This document shows positions 47,528 through 59,340 of a stretch of 64,000 nt of DNA, piece by piece (positions within the stretch are counted from its first letter, which is position 1; each line of letters begins with the position of its first letter). The notes below the pieces were generated by a model. The model made no database searches. It had not been told where the DNA came from and saw nothing but the letters and a program-made list of their open reading frames with translations. This DNA is from Candidatus Bathyarchaeia archaeon (lineage in GTDB: Archaea; Thermoproteota; Bathyarchaeia; Bathyarchaeales; Bathycorpusculaceae), in NCBI GenBank assembly GCA_050015395.1, contig JBEKBM010000002.1, positions 32,001 through 96,000 of the forward strand, given 5' to 3'. The translations under genes were made by a program, and so were the position numbers.

Positions 47528-48727
47528 TTGTCCCATAAGAAAATGAGAATAAGCTTTGTCAGTGCGCTAACGCTGGACACCGACATGCACAAGACAAGGG
47601 AATTGGAAATAATAAAGGCGCTTGCGGAGCGAGGGCATACTACTACCCTGATAGCGATAACTTCTAAGAGTAACTTTAAAATGTCGGACCAGCGCATAAA
47701 ACTTATTCCTATACCGATAAGATCTGTGCCAATAATTTCACCCCTTATTTGGGCTGGTGTTTTACTCTTTTTCTTACCAATTCACATATTGGTCAGTAAG
47801 CCCGATTTCGTAATAATGGATCCAGAAATATCAGTGCTAAGTTCAATTCCAACTCGTCTCGCCTTAAGATTTTCCAAGGCAAAATTCGTTTTAGATGTTA
47901 GAAGCACACCTGTTGAAGTAATTGGTTTTCGTGGGCATTTGTTAGAGTTTTTATTTAATGTCTCTGTTTTGGTGGCAAAGAGGTTTTTTAAAGGAATGGC
48001 CTTTGTCACTTCTTCAATGAAACAAGAAGTATGCCGAAAATTTGGTTTGGATCAAAACAAAGTTTGCGTGTGGACAAATGGTGTGTCCCTTAATCTTTTT
48101 GAGCCTCAAAATTTCCCTGAAGAAAGTGCGAAGCTAAAAAAACAGCTTGATCTAACCAAGAAGTTCATTGTATTCTACCACGGAGCTTTTTCACCTACCA
48201 GAGGGCTAACCCAAACTATTGAGGCTATACAAATTGTTAGTCAGCAAAATCCTCAAATTGTTTTGCTTCTTCTCGGAACAGGACCTATAGTTTCCGACTT
48301 AGAAAAGTTAATTCGGTTAAAGAGTCTTCAAAATAATGTAGTTCTTCATGATCCTGTTCTCTATGAGGAAGTTCCAAAATTTATTGGTTTAAGCGATGTG
48401 TGTATTGTCCCGTTGCCAAACAATTCTTACTGGAGATTCCAAAACGCTTTGAACCTTCTGGAATACTTGGCGATGGAAAAAGTTGTGTTGGCAACCGATA
48501 TTTATGCAAACAGAGTGGTAGCAGGAGACGAAAAGTGCTGTATTTATTTTCAGTCTGTTGACCCTGTTGAAATTGCTAATTCAATCGAATATGCATATGT
48601 TAACAAAGATAAACTTGAAGGTTTGGGAAAAGTTGGCCGAAAAATAATTCAAAGCAGTTACACATGGGAAAAGGTTGCTGAAGAAGTTGAACATTATCTT
48701 CTTTCGGTTGATTCGAGATATTCTTAG
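47528..48727 (+). CDS. GT4 glycosyltransferase
   Basis: NGV, YHGAFSPTRG, LLEYLAMEKVVLATD, YTWE. Confidence 0.88.
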   Translation: MSHKKMRISFVSALTLDTDMHKTRELEIIKALAERGHTTTLIAITSKSNFKMSDQRIKLIPIPIRSVPIISPLIWAGVLLFFLPIHILVSKPDFVIMDPEISVLSSIPTRLALRFSKAKFVLDVRSTPVEVIGFRGHLLEFLFNVSVLVAKRFFKGMAFVTSSMKQEVCRKFGLDQNKVCVWTNGVSLNLFEPQNFPEESAKLKKQLDLTKKFIVFYHGAFSPTRGLTQTIEAIQIVSQQNPQIVLLLLGTGPIVSDLEKLIRLKSLQNNVVLHDPVLYEEVPKFIGLSDVCIVPLPNNSYWRFQNALNLLEYLAMEKVVLATDIYANRVVAGDEKCCIYFQSVDPVEIANSIEYAYVNKDKLEGLGKVGRKIIQSSYTWEKVAEEVEHYLLSVDSRYS

Positions 48728-49037
48728 AGCGCCAGCGCCGGCGCGCCTATGTTAAGTCTGCTATTTCGGCTTTCCTTTTTCCAGTTTTACCGCGCCCTCA
48801 CATTGAAGTAGTAAGTTACATAAACGAGCCCTTTACACAGCTTCAAGAAAAACATGTTTACAATGAAGTCATTCGCCAGAACCACCGTACATAACTCTAA
48901 TACCTGAACCCAGACTTTTTTTTCACTACTTCTTTCTATCTAACAACTGCTCTGTAGGTGTATCACATGTACCATGCATATTACAACGTTAATAGACGAG
49001 TCGCACCTTTTTGGAATGAGTTATTAAAGGAGGCGCA

Positions 49038-49775
49038 TTGATAATGAGTTTGAAAACCATGATCGGTGATGGTGATTCGCAACATTTTGATGCTGAAGGC
49101 TTAGATAGGTTAATCCCTCAACTTTTTGGGCTTCTTTCACCTAACATGGCTGAATGCGCTGTTTTGGACGTTGGATGTGGTCCTGGCATTATTGCCAGTG
49201 CTATTAAGCGTCAATTTGGCGCTGAAGTTTATGGCGTAGATTGCGATTCAACTTTTGTAGAACAAACAAAGGCAAAGGGGGTTAACGCGTACAGTTGCAA
49301 CATAGAGACCGATAGCCTTCCTTTTTCTGATGCGACCTTTGACTATGTACTGTGTATTGAAGTGATTGAACACCTTGCGAAACCTGAGAGTTGCCTTAAG
49401 GAAATTGCCAGAGTGATTAAGCCGAAAGGAGTGCTGATACTTTCTACACCTAATCTAGTCGCACTCCCAAATAGATTAGCAATTATCAATGGTAAAGACC
49501 CACTGAAGGGGGATCCGTTTGACCGTCCTTATGACCGTCACATAAGACTTTATGCATTAAACTCACTAACACAACTTGTATCCACTTGGTTCAAAATTAC
49601 AAGAATTGTTTATGTAAATCAACAACCAAGAAGAACATGGAAAGGAATAGGCAGAGGCTTGCTTTGTTTTCTGAAAAAAGATTTGGCTAGTACAATGATA
49701 GTGACATGCCAACTGAACCAACATGAAATCCCAACAATTTTAGCCCAAGGCAAAGAATTAAGAGAATCCTATTAG
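49038..49775 (+). CDS. Class I SAM-dependent methyltransferase
   Basis: VLDVGCGPG, LPFSDATFD, EVIEHL, LSTPN. Confidence 0.9.
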   Translation: MIMSLKTMIGDGDSQHFDAEGLDRLIPQLFGLLSPNMAECAVLDVGCGPGIIASAIKRQFGAEVYGVDCDSTFVEQTKAKGVNAYSCNIETDSLPFSDATFDYVLCIEVIEHLAKPESCLKEIARVIKPKGVLILSTPNLVALPNRLAIINGKDPLKGDPFDRPYDRHIRLYALNSLTQLVSTWFKITRIVYVNQQPRRTWKGIGRGLLCFLKKDLASTMIVTCQLNQHEIPTILAQGKELRESY

Positions 49776-50106
49776 CATATTCTGTTCTTTCTGACAAGCT
49801 GTGGCACTTCAAGAAGCTCCTAATTTCGTTACCGTGCTTTCCAACATGAAAGATGATTCTTGGAGAGCTATGCCTTTTCGAAGACGCTCAGCGTTGAAGA
49901 CTCTTGTATGCACTGCGTAACCAAATACTTCGTTGTTTCGCATTTTTGGATTCCAGAACAACCAAAGCATGTGAAATAGAGAGAAAAGAGTAATGAGGGT
50001 TTTGGTTTGGGGTACAGCAAGGGTACAACTCTAAATATATAACTAAGCCTTACATAAAACGTTTAAGCGAACAACAGCAGAATAATAACTAAACTGATTT
50101 TATAAA

Positions 50107-50823
50107 GTGAGTTTCTTAATGGTCAAATACAGTATCTGCATCACTCACTATAATATGAAAGATACTTTACGTGAATTTATGGAAAGTGTTTTCGTCCAAA
50201 TCGATTCAAGTTTTGAAGTAGTTGTATGCGATAATTGCAGCGACGATGGTTCCCGCGAAATACTTGAAGATTACGCACGAGCTGGAAAAATCAGACTATT
50301 AGTACAAAAATCAAGCAGAGGCAAAGGTCGGCAGATAGCATTTGAGAATTCAACGGGTGACTATATTATTTCAGGCTTAGATTCCGATGACGTGTTGAAA
50401 CCTACTTTGAAAGATGTTTTGAAAATTTATCATTCAGAACATGAAGGTTATGCGTTGTCTTTCGGGACTATTCATTTTATTCCTAGACCGCTTGTTGAGT
50501 CGGTTGGTGGATGGAGAGATTTACAATCTCTTGAAGACGTCGATTTTTGTAAGCGAGTTGAAATTTTGGGTAAGATGCATTATTTTGAGGACGATTCATT
50601 TGTGATGCAGCGAAGAGGAAGAGTTAAGCGGAGTATATTCTACAGGACTAAAGAAAGATACAGTTACTACAAATGTGCCTATCAAATCGGTCGCTGCGTT
50701 TGGAGTGAAATCATAAAAAAACAATCTGTAATTTGGTATCGTCGTCCAATCGAATTTGTTTTAGCACTCACTGCTGTGGCCAATTTGAAAATTAAAAAAG
50801 TTAAAAAATTCAAGTATGCTTAG
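50107..50823 (+). CDS. GT2 glycosyltransferase
   Basis: CDNCSDDGS, LDSDD, GGW..ED. Confidence 0.88.
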   Translation: MSFLMVKYSICITHYNMKDTLREFMESVFVQIDSSFEVVVCDNCSDDGSREILEDYARAGKIRLLVQKSSRGKGRQIAFENSTGDYIISGLDSDDVLKPTLKDVLKIYHSEHEGYALSFGTIHFIPRPLVESVGGWRDLQSLEDVDFCKRVEILGKMHYFEDDSFVMQRRGRVKRSIFYRTKERYSYYKCAYQIGRCVWSEIIKKQSVIWYRRPIEFVLALTAVANLKIKKVKKFKYA

Positions 50824-51033
50824 ACACGAATAACAGCTGTACTTGAATTTAATTTACTTATCAAAGGAGATAAATCAATTCTCATATTAATTTTTAATCC
50901 AACCAACCATGCATCTATGGAGTGCGTACAGTAAACTGATTATAATTCATGGACAAGGTTTATTTCACTTATAATATCGTCCTGTCGGTGAATCTTTCTA
51001 ATTGTTTTGAAAATCAATAACATCAAATTTTTC

Positions 51034-51750
51034 TCAGGGAGACCAAACAAAGACAGCATTGCAAAATCTCAATCGAAGTTCGCCAGTCCATTCTAAAGTC
51101 TGCTCATAAACTCCGAAAAGAACATACGCTCTATCCTCAAGATACTGCCTAAGCACCTGAAACGGAACATGTTCTTTGTTGGCAAAGTTTAGTCCCGCTT
51201 CAACTTGAACAAAAGCGACTCTACCAGAAGAAAACAATTTGTCTCCACCCTTCAGAACCTCAAGGTCAAATCCTTCTGTGTCGATCTTCAAATAATCAAT
51301 GCAGTTAACATTGTGCTCATCGCAAAACCTGTTAAGAGTATCGACATGAACCGTTTCAAAATTCAAGTTCTTTCCAGAATTTGCCTCAGTTTTTCTAGCA
51401 AGAGAGTTTATTAATGAGCAATTCTGCAACTCTACTTGTATTGTTCCGATAGTAGATCCGAACGCTATTTGAAAACAATGCACCCGATTCATTTTTTTCG
51501 TCTTATTTGTTAACTGATTAAATGTACTTCGAATCGGCTCAAAGCAGTATATGTCTGCTCGTGGAAATGCATGCGAAATTCGATATAATGATTGACCTTC
51601 ATTTGCCCCAACATCAAATATCACATTGAATTTTTGAAAAGACATATGTCTTCTTATATCGAAAAAAACATCGAAACCATGGGGAAGAGAATAATACAAA
51701 TGACTCTTGAGCAGGAAACGCCAAATATATCGCATGTAAGAAGAATTCAT
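51034..51750 (-). CDS. FkbM-family methyltransferase
   Basis: FDVGANEG, CFEP, LKIDTEGFDLEVLKG. Confidence 0.92.
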   Translation of the reverse strand: MNSSYMRYIWRFLLKSHLYYSLPHGFDVFFDIRRHMSFQKFNVIFDVGANEGQSLYRISHAFPRADIYCFEPIRSTFNQLTNKTKKMNRVHCFQIAFGSTIGTIQVELQNCSLINSLARKTEANSGKNLNFETVHVDTLNRFCDEHNVNCIDYLKIDTEGFDLEVLKGGDKLFSSGRVAFVQVEAGLNFANKEHVPFQVLRQYLEDRAYVLFGVYEQTLEWTGELRLRFCNAVFVWSP

Positions 51751-52431
51751 GCTCTCACTCGGGTAACACAGCCTAGTGGTGTCAAAGTAGGAATTGTAGA
51801 TTTATATAAGTTGCTTACTTTCTAGAAAACCAAGATTTCCAAATGCCGGACTCAATGTTACGCACTTCAAATCTGGCTTTCAAACGCCAGAGGGGTTTAC
51901 CAATACGCGCAAACGCATTCGACCACGCAAATAATCAGCGGAGACAAAAGAGCGAATATCGCCAGTTTGCCGGAGGTCAAGCCAATCCAACAAAGCAATT
52001 GTCACTATTAGTATAGCCCTCTCAAGTGGGCGCTAACGACAATTTCTTCCGATTTAACCTCGGCTAAAAGTTTAGAAATTTCTTCTGTCAGAATCGAGTT
52101 CACCTTCGACCCAGAACAAACAAATCTCAAAGACAAGCTCTGCGCGCTTCCCACTGAAAGGACATCTTTAACAAAAGAACTCTCACAATGAAGGCTGGAA
52201 AAGAGCACAGGCAATGGCTAAAACAAAAGTCTTCTGGGTTACGAAGCAGCATTTCCCAGCATTTAACTTTTGAAGTTTAAGATGCTTATGAGTCCTACCA
52301 TCGCAAACTTTTCTACTGTAAAAAAGCGTAATTTTTAGTAAGAAAGAAGTATCGAATCGCTCGCAAAAAGTTGTTTCTTTAACTGAAAAAGAGCACTGCA
52401 AAGAAAAAGAAAGAAAATAGGGGTAGTTTTT

Positions 52432-54000
52432 TTACGGATAGCCCACGTTGTTTTGTATGACTGTGCCGCTTCCTTGGTCAAGTATTTTCGGGTTGGGGCA
52501 TTGAATGAAGTTGTTGCCTGTGATGCTTGTGCCTGTGACTCCAGAGTTGACGAGGACGCCAGCGTATATTGACTGCGCGTTAGTTATTATAAACGTGTTG
52601 CCCGTGACAGCATTGTTTGCAGAAGCACACATAACCGCTGCTCCCCATCCTCCCGCTGCGTCCCAGTTAGTTATCGTATTGTTTGAAATTGTATTGTTTG
52701 GAGCATTGGGGTCTGTTGCTATTCCAAATTGACAACCAGTAATAATATTATTTGTTGCTGTGTTATATCCTGGACTAGTGGTAGCACCTCCTGAACTATC
52801 GTAAGATAAAGCAATTGCACAGTACGTGTTTGTAATTGTGTTATATCTAATCGTAGCATGTCCACCACATTCATTAGCGATACCCCAATGTGACTGAAGA
52901 TGCGCTGCCAAGTCCATATCATGTACATAATTATATTCAATCGTGCAATTATTACGATATGATGTTATGCCAACATCGCCACAATGTGATACTTCGTTGT
53001 GCCCAGCATAATCGCCATTAGCGTCCTCTAATGTTATTCCGTTCCATTGACAGTTATATATAACACTGTTTATAACGCTGTTGTTGCCGTACCCTGTATC
53101 ACCATAAAAGTCAACTCCATCCATAAGGCTATTGTAAATCGTGGCTCCGTCCACAACAAAACCAGTGCAGTCCCATGTTAAAAGTATGCCAGTGACTGTA
53201 GTTTGTCCTGAAGAATTACCGTTTATTTCAACATTAATGATTTGGCAGTTGTTGTCATAGTTGAAGCGGAACACTGGATTGTTCAAGCCGTTGTTAGCGT
53301 AAAAGACTGCTCCATTCTGGACGTAGATTTGCACGTTGTTTCCATTGCTTAACAGTATTGTCGATGCTACGTTGTAAGTAGCTGCTTCAACGTAAATTAC
53401 TCCCCCACTTGAGGCGAGGCGGTTCCAAGCATTTTGTAAGACTGATGTTATGTCTGTGCTTGAGTAGAGGATTGATCCGCTTGTGCCTTGTATTACATGA
53501 TTGGCTCCGCTGCTATCTTGATAGATTGTGTAATCTGTGTTTGGCGGAGGAGATGTTACCGAAATAGGCGTGGGACCTGCCGTTGGACTTGGTGTGGGCG
53601 TTGGAGTAGGTGTTGGAGTCGCCGTTGGTGCGGGAGTGGGCGTTGGAGTAGGTGTTGGAGTTGGTGTAGGCGTGGGACTTCGAGTCGGACTAGGCGTTGG
53701 GATAGAAGTAGGTGTTGGACTTGTTGTTGGCGTTGGAGTCGGATCAAGCGTTATGGTTGGAGTTGGTGTTGGAGTCACTGTTAGTGCGGGATTGGGCGTA
53801 GCTATTGGGCTATGAGTTAGCGGAGGCGATGGCGACGGTAATGGCCTTGGGATCGGTTTCGCGGTATGCGTAGGAGTTGACCAATGATAATGCTGAGCAT
53901 AGACCACATCAGACTGCAAAGGAAAGCTTATGAATGCAGAGGACAGCAGAATCAGAAAAACCAATAAAGCTACTGCTATTATTATATTTTTTTGTTTCAC
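52432..54000 (-). CDS. Secreted/N-anchored protein with Pro-Thr linker and pectin-lyase-like beta-helix
   Basis: Signal-like N-terminus, ~100-aa PT linker, N/I/T/G-rich coils. Confidence 0.85.
   Translation of the reverse strand: MKQKNIIIAVALLVFLILLSSAFISFPLQSDVVYAQHYHWSTPTHTAKPIPRPLPSPSPPLTHSPIATPNPALTVTPTPTPTITLDPTPTPTTSPTPTSIPTPSPTRSPTPTPTPTPTPTPTPAPTATPTPTPTPTPSPTAGPTPISVTSPPPNTDYTIYQDSSGANHVIQGTSGSILYSSTDITSVLQNAWNRLASSGGVIYVEAATYNVASTILLSNGNNVQIYVQNGAVFYANNGLNNPVFRFNYDNNCQIINVEINGNSSGQTTVTGILLTWDCTGFVVDGATIYNSLMDGVDFYGDTGYGNNSVINSVIYNCQWNGITLEDANGDYAGHNEVSHCGDVGITSYRNNCTIEYNYVHDMDLAAHLQSHWGIANECGGHATIRYNTITNTYCAIALSYDSSGGATTSPGYNTATNNIITGCQFGIATDPNAPNNTISNNTITNWDAAGGWGAAVMCASANNAVTGNTFIITNAQSIYAGVLVNSGVTGTSITGNNFIQCPNPKILDQGSGTVIQNNVGYP
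53570..53860 (-). repeat. Imperfect hexanucleotide tandem repeat encoding (PT)n
   Basis: Repeated gttggagtaggt-type units on the + strand. Confidence 0.85.
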
Positions 54001-54230
54001 TATTTATCCCTCTCTCTTCAATTTGTTACTTTCATTTCCTGAGTTTGTAATTTAAGTTTTGTTGAAAAATAAAATTTGCAAAGTTGCAAAGTCCGCTTCT
54101 CATCTCATTAATCATGTTTGCGCTTTCTTCAGAACATCAATTTCTATAGTAAGAGCGGTCGCCAATTATATCCATAACCACTATCTCTGCAGCTGAAAAG
54201 ATTCCCAAGAAAAATATAACCACCAATAAT

Positions 54231-54842
54231 GTTGCTGGCCATCAACCAAACTATATGCCGTGGCTTGGTTTCTTCGATAAACTTGCGAGATGTGATACTT
54301 TTGTTATCTATGATGATGCACAATTTCAACACGGCGGATTCCATAACAGAAACAAAATTAGAACCCTGAAAGGATGGGAATGGCTAACTGTACCCATTAT
54401 CCATGGGCACCCACAAACTATTAAGGACGTAAAAATATCTGGAACCCAATGGAAAAATAAACATTTAAGTGCAATAATGCACAATTACGAAAAGGCGCCT
54501 TATTTCAAAAAATATTTTCCTTTAATTAAAGAAGCCATAGATTTCGATCATGAACTACTAATAGGCTTGAATGTGCACCTCATTAGAATGTTTGCTGAAA
54601 TCTTGTCTATAAATGTAAATATTGTTCGTTCATCTGAATTTCCTTATTGCGGAAAGGAAAAGAACGAGAAATTAATATCCATGTGCAAATTTATTGGGGC
54701 TGACACGTATCTGTCAGGTTCTGGAGGAAAAGCCTATATTAACGAAAGCTTGTTCTCACAAGCCAACATTAAGATTAAATGGCACAACTACGAGCACCCA
54801 ATTTACAAGCAGAGATATGAAGGAAGTTGCCGGTTGATCTAG
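54231..54842 (+). pseudogene. Second WbqC-family gene, probably damaged at both ends
   Basis: Conserved VAGHQPNY lies upstream of the first ATG (54255); the C-terminal NLSxxD motif is replaced by SCRLI*. Confidence 0.6.
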
Positions 54843-54930
54843 AATTTTAATGAAAGGTTATAGAACACTTGTCAATTGTTCGGGATGTTTATTCCTTACG
54901 ACTTTAAAAGTTTGTTTCTCTGCATAAATC

Positions 54931-55659
54931 ATGAGCTATTTTACGGTTTTTTGGAAGATTTTTATGACTGAAATTCGCACAAGTGTATCAGTCGTTATCG
55001 CAACGCTAAACGAAGAAGAAGGAATAGGGCCAACTTTAGGCGAGCTGCAGAAAGTTCTAAACAACCCGTATTTGGTAGTTGTTGATGGCAACAGCGTTGA
55101 CAAAACCATTGAAATAGCGAAAAACATGGGTGCAGACGTTTTACTGCAAGAGGGAAAAGGCAAAGGAAACGCCATGTTCCAAGGTTACCGCACTATAAGC
55201 TCAAAAGTGCCGTTTATCGTTTTCACAGATGCCGACTATACTTACCCTGCCGAATACGTCCCTAAAATGATTGAGATTTTAGAGCAAAACCAAGAAGTCG
55301 GCATGGTTATCGGAAACAGGTTTAAAGGCCAATTCAACAACAGCAAGTCACTTACAAACCCTTTCTATTTAGGTAACCGGTTGCTGGCGCTTGCCCAATC
55401 AGTGATGAATGGCGTTAAGCTTGATGATCCATTGTCTGGTTTACGCGTCGTTAGGAGCGAAATTATAGAGGGTTGGAAACCTAAAAGTAAAGGGTTTGAT
55501 GTAGAGGCTGAAATGAACTCCATTGTCGAGCGTAGAGGTTACCGCATTGTTGAGATTCCAATTCACTACCGAATTAGACTGGGGGAGAAAAAGCTTAAGC
55601 TTAGACATGGCCTACGTATAATGATAAGGATTATAGCTGAAAGCTTAAAAGTCAAATAA
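54931..55659 (+). CDS. GT2, dolichol-phosphate-sugar synthase-like
   Basis: TLNEE, VDGNS.D, DADYTY, GNR, SGLR, R.GEKKL. Confidence 0.88.
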   Translation: MSYFTVFWKIFMTEIRTSVSVVIATLNEEEGIGPTLGELQKVLNNPYLVVVDGNSVDKTIEIAKNMGADVLLQEGKGKGNAMFQGYRTISSKVPFIVFTDADYTYPAEYVPKMIEILEQNQEVGMVIGNRFKGQFNNSKSLTNPFYLGNRLLALAQSVMNGVKLDDPLSGLRVVRSEIIEGWKPKSKGFDVEAEMNSIVERRGYRIVEIPIHYRIRLGEKKLKLRHGLRIMIRIIAESLKVK

Positions 55660-55723
55660 ACTAAAAAAATAATTCTCAATTTTGTTTTGTTATTATACAT
55701 TTTATTTCTTGGATGTGAGATTT

Positions 55724-56697
55724 TTGAAAGTTGCAATTATCGGTTTAGTCACATGGGTCAACTTCACATGCTTAATGCCATGCGCGTTGATGGTGTTAAA
55801 GTTGTAGCTGGGGCAGATAAAAGCGAAAAAAAACCGCAAGTATGCAGAAAGATACCATATTAAAACTTACGATGATTATACCAAGTTAATACATGCCGAA
55901 AAATTAGATGCAGTTATTATTTCATTGCCCAATTTCTTAAAGAAAGAAGCATTTTTTATGCTGCTGAAAAGGGTTTAGATATTTTTTTGGGCATGCCTAT
56001 TTCCCGTAATCTTGCTGAAGCACAGGAAAACCGTTTCCAATCAATTTGAACGTAATTCTGTTAAGCTTATGCTTGGTTACCCCATGCGTTTTAACAACAA
56101 ATTCATCAAGCTTAAAGAAGACATGGAGAACGGGTTAATTGGCGATGTGGAGAATGCTCATGCAACTTGCATAAGTTCTGGTCCTTCTTCCATAGGGCTG
56201 TAGAGAATTCGCCTGTTCCAGTTCCAGACTGGTGGTTTAACACTGAGTATACAGGCGGTGGAGTCCTTGTGGATTTGGGGTCTCATATAATTAACCTTCT
56301 CAGATGGTTCTTTGGCGAGATAGTTGATGTTAAAGGTCAATTTGGGCATAGGTTTAGCATGGATTTTGAGGATTCAGCCATGTGCCTAGCAAGGTTTGAT
56401 TCTGGTTCTGTTGCCGTTATCAACGTTGGCTGGTTTTAGCAGGAATACACCCTCAGGGTTGACCTTTTAGGAAGCGTTAGGAACATTTCTGTTGAGCATA
56501 TGCCTTCTAGTACAATGTCTAATGCCTTTCGAATGTTAACGAAGGGTATTTCCTCATTTAATCAACCGCATTTCGATGAACTACAATATTTTGTCGATTG
56601 TTTGGTTAAAGATGAGGCTCCGTCTCCAACTGGTCTGGATGGACTTAGAGATTTGGAGGCAATATCCAAAGCTTATAAAAATCAGATTCTTCTTTAA
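55724..56697 (+). pseudogene. Gfo/Idh/MocA oxidoreductase pseudogene (several frameshifts, internal TAG)
   Basis: LKVAIIGL.., GYPMRF, GGGVLVDLGSH, FEDSA pieces lie in different frames. Confidence 0.88.
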
Positions 56698-56724
56698 CGG
56701 GAAAAAACCGGTATTGGTGCCTAC

Positions 56725-58401
56725 ATGGATAAAGCTTTAGAGATGGGTAAATCTTCGGCAACTGGAAGCTTCCACCTATTAATCGGTGTGGCTGGGTCTA
56801 CAGTAATAATGGCTGTTGGCACCCTCATTTTAGCTGGACTCTTACCGGTTAATGAAGTTGGGCTATATGGTATGGCTCTGATTCCATCAACCATAATTAA
56901 CTTCTTTAGAGATTGGGGCGTAAACTCTGCATTAACCCAGAAGATAGCCAGCTTAAGAGCGGCTGGAAGAGACTCGGAAATTCATGATGTCATGCTTTCA
57001 GGAATAATTTTCGAGATTATAACCGGTATTGTTTTGTCTCTGATTTGTTTCGCTGTTGCTGAACCATTAGCTTACATTCTTAGCCCCAGTAACTCAGCCA
57101 ACCTCACTGTTTACATATCGATAATGTCGCTTTCTATTTTTGCGGGCGCCATTCTTGCTGCAGCTGGCGGCATCTTCGTTGGTTTTGAAAGAATGAAGCT
57201 TAACAGTTTCACTCAAATTTTTCAAGCTGTCGTTAAGACTTCTCTTGGTCCATTTTTAATTATTCTTGGTTTCGGCGTGTTGGGTGCAGTATATGCTGCA
57301 ATGGGTTCAATTCTTGCAGGCGGTGCTATTGCCGCACTTATTGTTTATTTTTATTTGTTTAGGCCGTTGCGTAAGTGTAAAGTTGGCAAATGTGATGTAA
57401 AGCTAACTTTGAAGCCAATGTTAAGTTATGGGCTGCCCCTTACGGTTTCAAACATTGTGTTTGGTGTGCTACCGCAGGTTTTCATTTTTACAATGGCAGT
57501 TTACGCTGGAGACTGGCTGATGGGTAACTATTATGCTGCCGCTTACTTCTCTGTTCTTCTGACGTTCATTTCTTTTCCGATTTCAACGGCGTTGTTTCCT
57601 GTTTTCTCCAAGTTAAATCCTCAAAAAGAGCCTGAACTGGTGAAAACGGTTTTTGCTTCTTCAGTCAAGTACACTGCAATGCTTCTGGTGCCTGCAACAA
57701 TGCTTTTAGTAACCCTTTCTACACCATTAATTAACACTTTATTCCCAAAAAATGGAATAATGCAATCCCTATTTGTAGTGAACGCAGCACCCAAGTATCC
57801 TTATGCACCGTTATTCTTGACGCTTTCATGCTTAGTCAACTTGCTTGTTTTAGTAGGTAACATTAGCTTGGGAACTTTCCAAACAGGCATTGGAAAAACA
57901 AAGCAAATTATGAAACAAAGCATTCTATCTCTTGTCGTCGGTTTGCCGCTTGCATACCTTTCAGTAGCATATTTCTATTCAATTGGCGGTCCATCTTATG
58001 CAGTGATCGGCGGCATAATCGGAACTTTCATTGCAACCACACCCAATGTTGCTTGGGGACTTTACTGGTGTTGGAAAAACTACAAAGTTAAAGCGGACTT
58101 TCGTATTTCCGCCAAGATTTTTGCTTCATCAGCGGCTGCTTCAGTGGTAACTTATTTGTTTATCAGCTTTTTCAGTTTACCCTATTGGATTATGCTCGTA
58201 ATGGGCTTCGCAGTTTTCATGGTGGTTTACTTGGCAAGTGCTCCGCTTATTGGCGCAGTCAATCAAGCCGATATCGATAATTTCAAAGCAATGTTTTCAG
58301 GTTCAGGCGTTGTTTCAAAAATTTTAAATTTTCCCTTACTTTTCATGAGTAAAATGTGTAGGAAAAACAATGTAAAGAAAATTTTGCTCGAGATCAATTG
58401 A
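56725..58401 (+). CDS. Oligosaccharide flippase (MOP/Wzx family)
   Basis: 12-14 TMs, YGMAL..DWGV, GFERMK, ALFPVFSK. Confidence 0.88.
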   Translation: MDKALEMGKSSATGSFHLLIGVAGSTVIMAVGTLILAGLLPVNEVGLYGMALIPSTIINFFRDWGVNSALTQKIASLRAAGRDSEIHDVMLSGIIFEIITGIVLSLICFAVAEPLAYILSPSNSANLTVYISIMSLSIFAGAILAAAGGIFVGFERMKLNSFTQIFQAVVKTSLGPFLIILGFGVLGAVYAAMGSILAGGAIAALIVYFYLFRPLRKCKVGKCDVKLTLKPMLSYGLPLTVSNIVFGVLPQVFIFTMAVYAGDWLMGNYYAAAYFSVLLTFISFPISTALFPVFSKLNPQKEPELVKTVFASSVKYTAMLLVPATMLLVTLSTPLINTLFPKNGIMQSLFVVNAAPKYPYAPLFLTLSCLVNLLVLVGNISLGTFQTGIGKTKQIMKQSILSLVVGLPLAYLSVAYFYSIGGPSYAVIGGIIGTFIATTPNVAWGLYWCWKNYKVKADFRISAKIFASSAAASVVTYLFISFFSLPYWIMLVMGFAVFMVVYLASAPLIGAVNQADIDNFKAMFSGSGVVSKILNFPLLFMSKMCRKNNVKKILLEIN

Positions 58402-58494
58402 GATTTTTAATAAACCTTAAACACAGCGTAATCATATATTATTTTTAAAATAAAACGTGTTTTTGAGTTATCATTAAAAAGGAAGGTTTGTCAG

Positions 58495-59340
58495 TTGAAA
58501 CCTGTACATAAAAACAGTAGTACCTCGTCAACGATTGCAGGATTATTTTTAGCCGTAGGAATTATCCTGCTGGCTTAATCTTTGCTTTTTGGATTGCAGA
58601 TTGCAGCCTTTATTGGGCTAGGGTTAACTTTTTGGGGCGCCATTTTTGCTCTCGCAAGAAGCGGAAAGTACGTTGAAAGTAGCCTTCTGGATGCCACTGC
58701 AAAATTCGCTTATTCTACAATTGACCGGATGATTAACGACTTAAAATTTAACGGGCAAGGATACTATATTCCTGCTTTCCCTAAAGACGTTTACCTTCCT
58801 GAATATCTCAAAAACCTAAAAGAACCAGTTGTTTTTATTTCTGAAAACTTCGATGGATAGCCATCGGTTGATGATTTAGTCGCAGGCAGATTTCTGTCTG
58901 AAAAAACGCATGGTGTATTTGTCGCTTCGCCTGGCTCTGAGATTATGGCTCAAATAGAAAAACGGTTACAACTAGATTTCAGTAAAATCCCAATTGAAGA
59001 ATTGACGGGAATTTTACCCCACTGCTTAACGGAGACATTTAATCTGGCTAAATCGGTTGACTTGTCTGTCGTGGAAAACGGCGTTAGTTTTAAGGCAACT
59101 GGTATTTTGTATCAGAGTTTATACCGTGCCGAGCCTCCTTTGAAGAGCGTCAGCATCTTAGGCTGTCCAGTTGTAAGCGCACGGCTATAATACTTCTTAC
59201 TACCTCTGAATTGCTGTATTCGTCGCCTGATTATTCTGCAAGAATTGCCGTTAACAGGCAACTTTTACGGATGACTGCTATTGGGTGCGGTTTAGGTTTT
59301 TCGTTACAGTCGTCATGCGCATTATGGGTATTCTTTGATT
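58495..59340 (+). pseudogene. Membrane-protein pseudogene with two in-frame stops, apparently fused to a remnant of a further gene
   Basis: One frame 58495-59190 broken by TAA (58576) and TAG (58858). Confidence 0.75.

Noticed and set aside
53488-53815. GV-rich and RW-rich plus-strand ORFs; possible CRISPR-like repeat
   Set aside because: Antisense shadows of the (PT)n linker; no unique spacers
56437-58860. TAG readthrough (pyrrolysine) at in-frame stops
   Set aside because: The same genes also carry TAA stops or frameshifts, and TAG ends many normal genes here; decay is the simpler explanation
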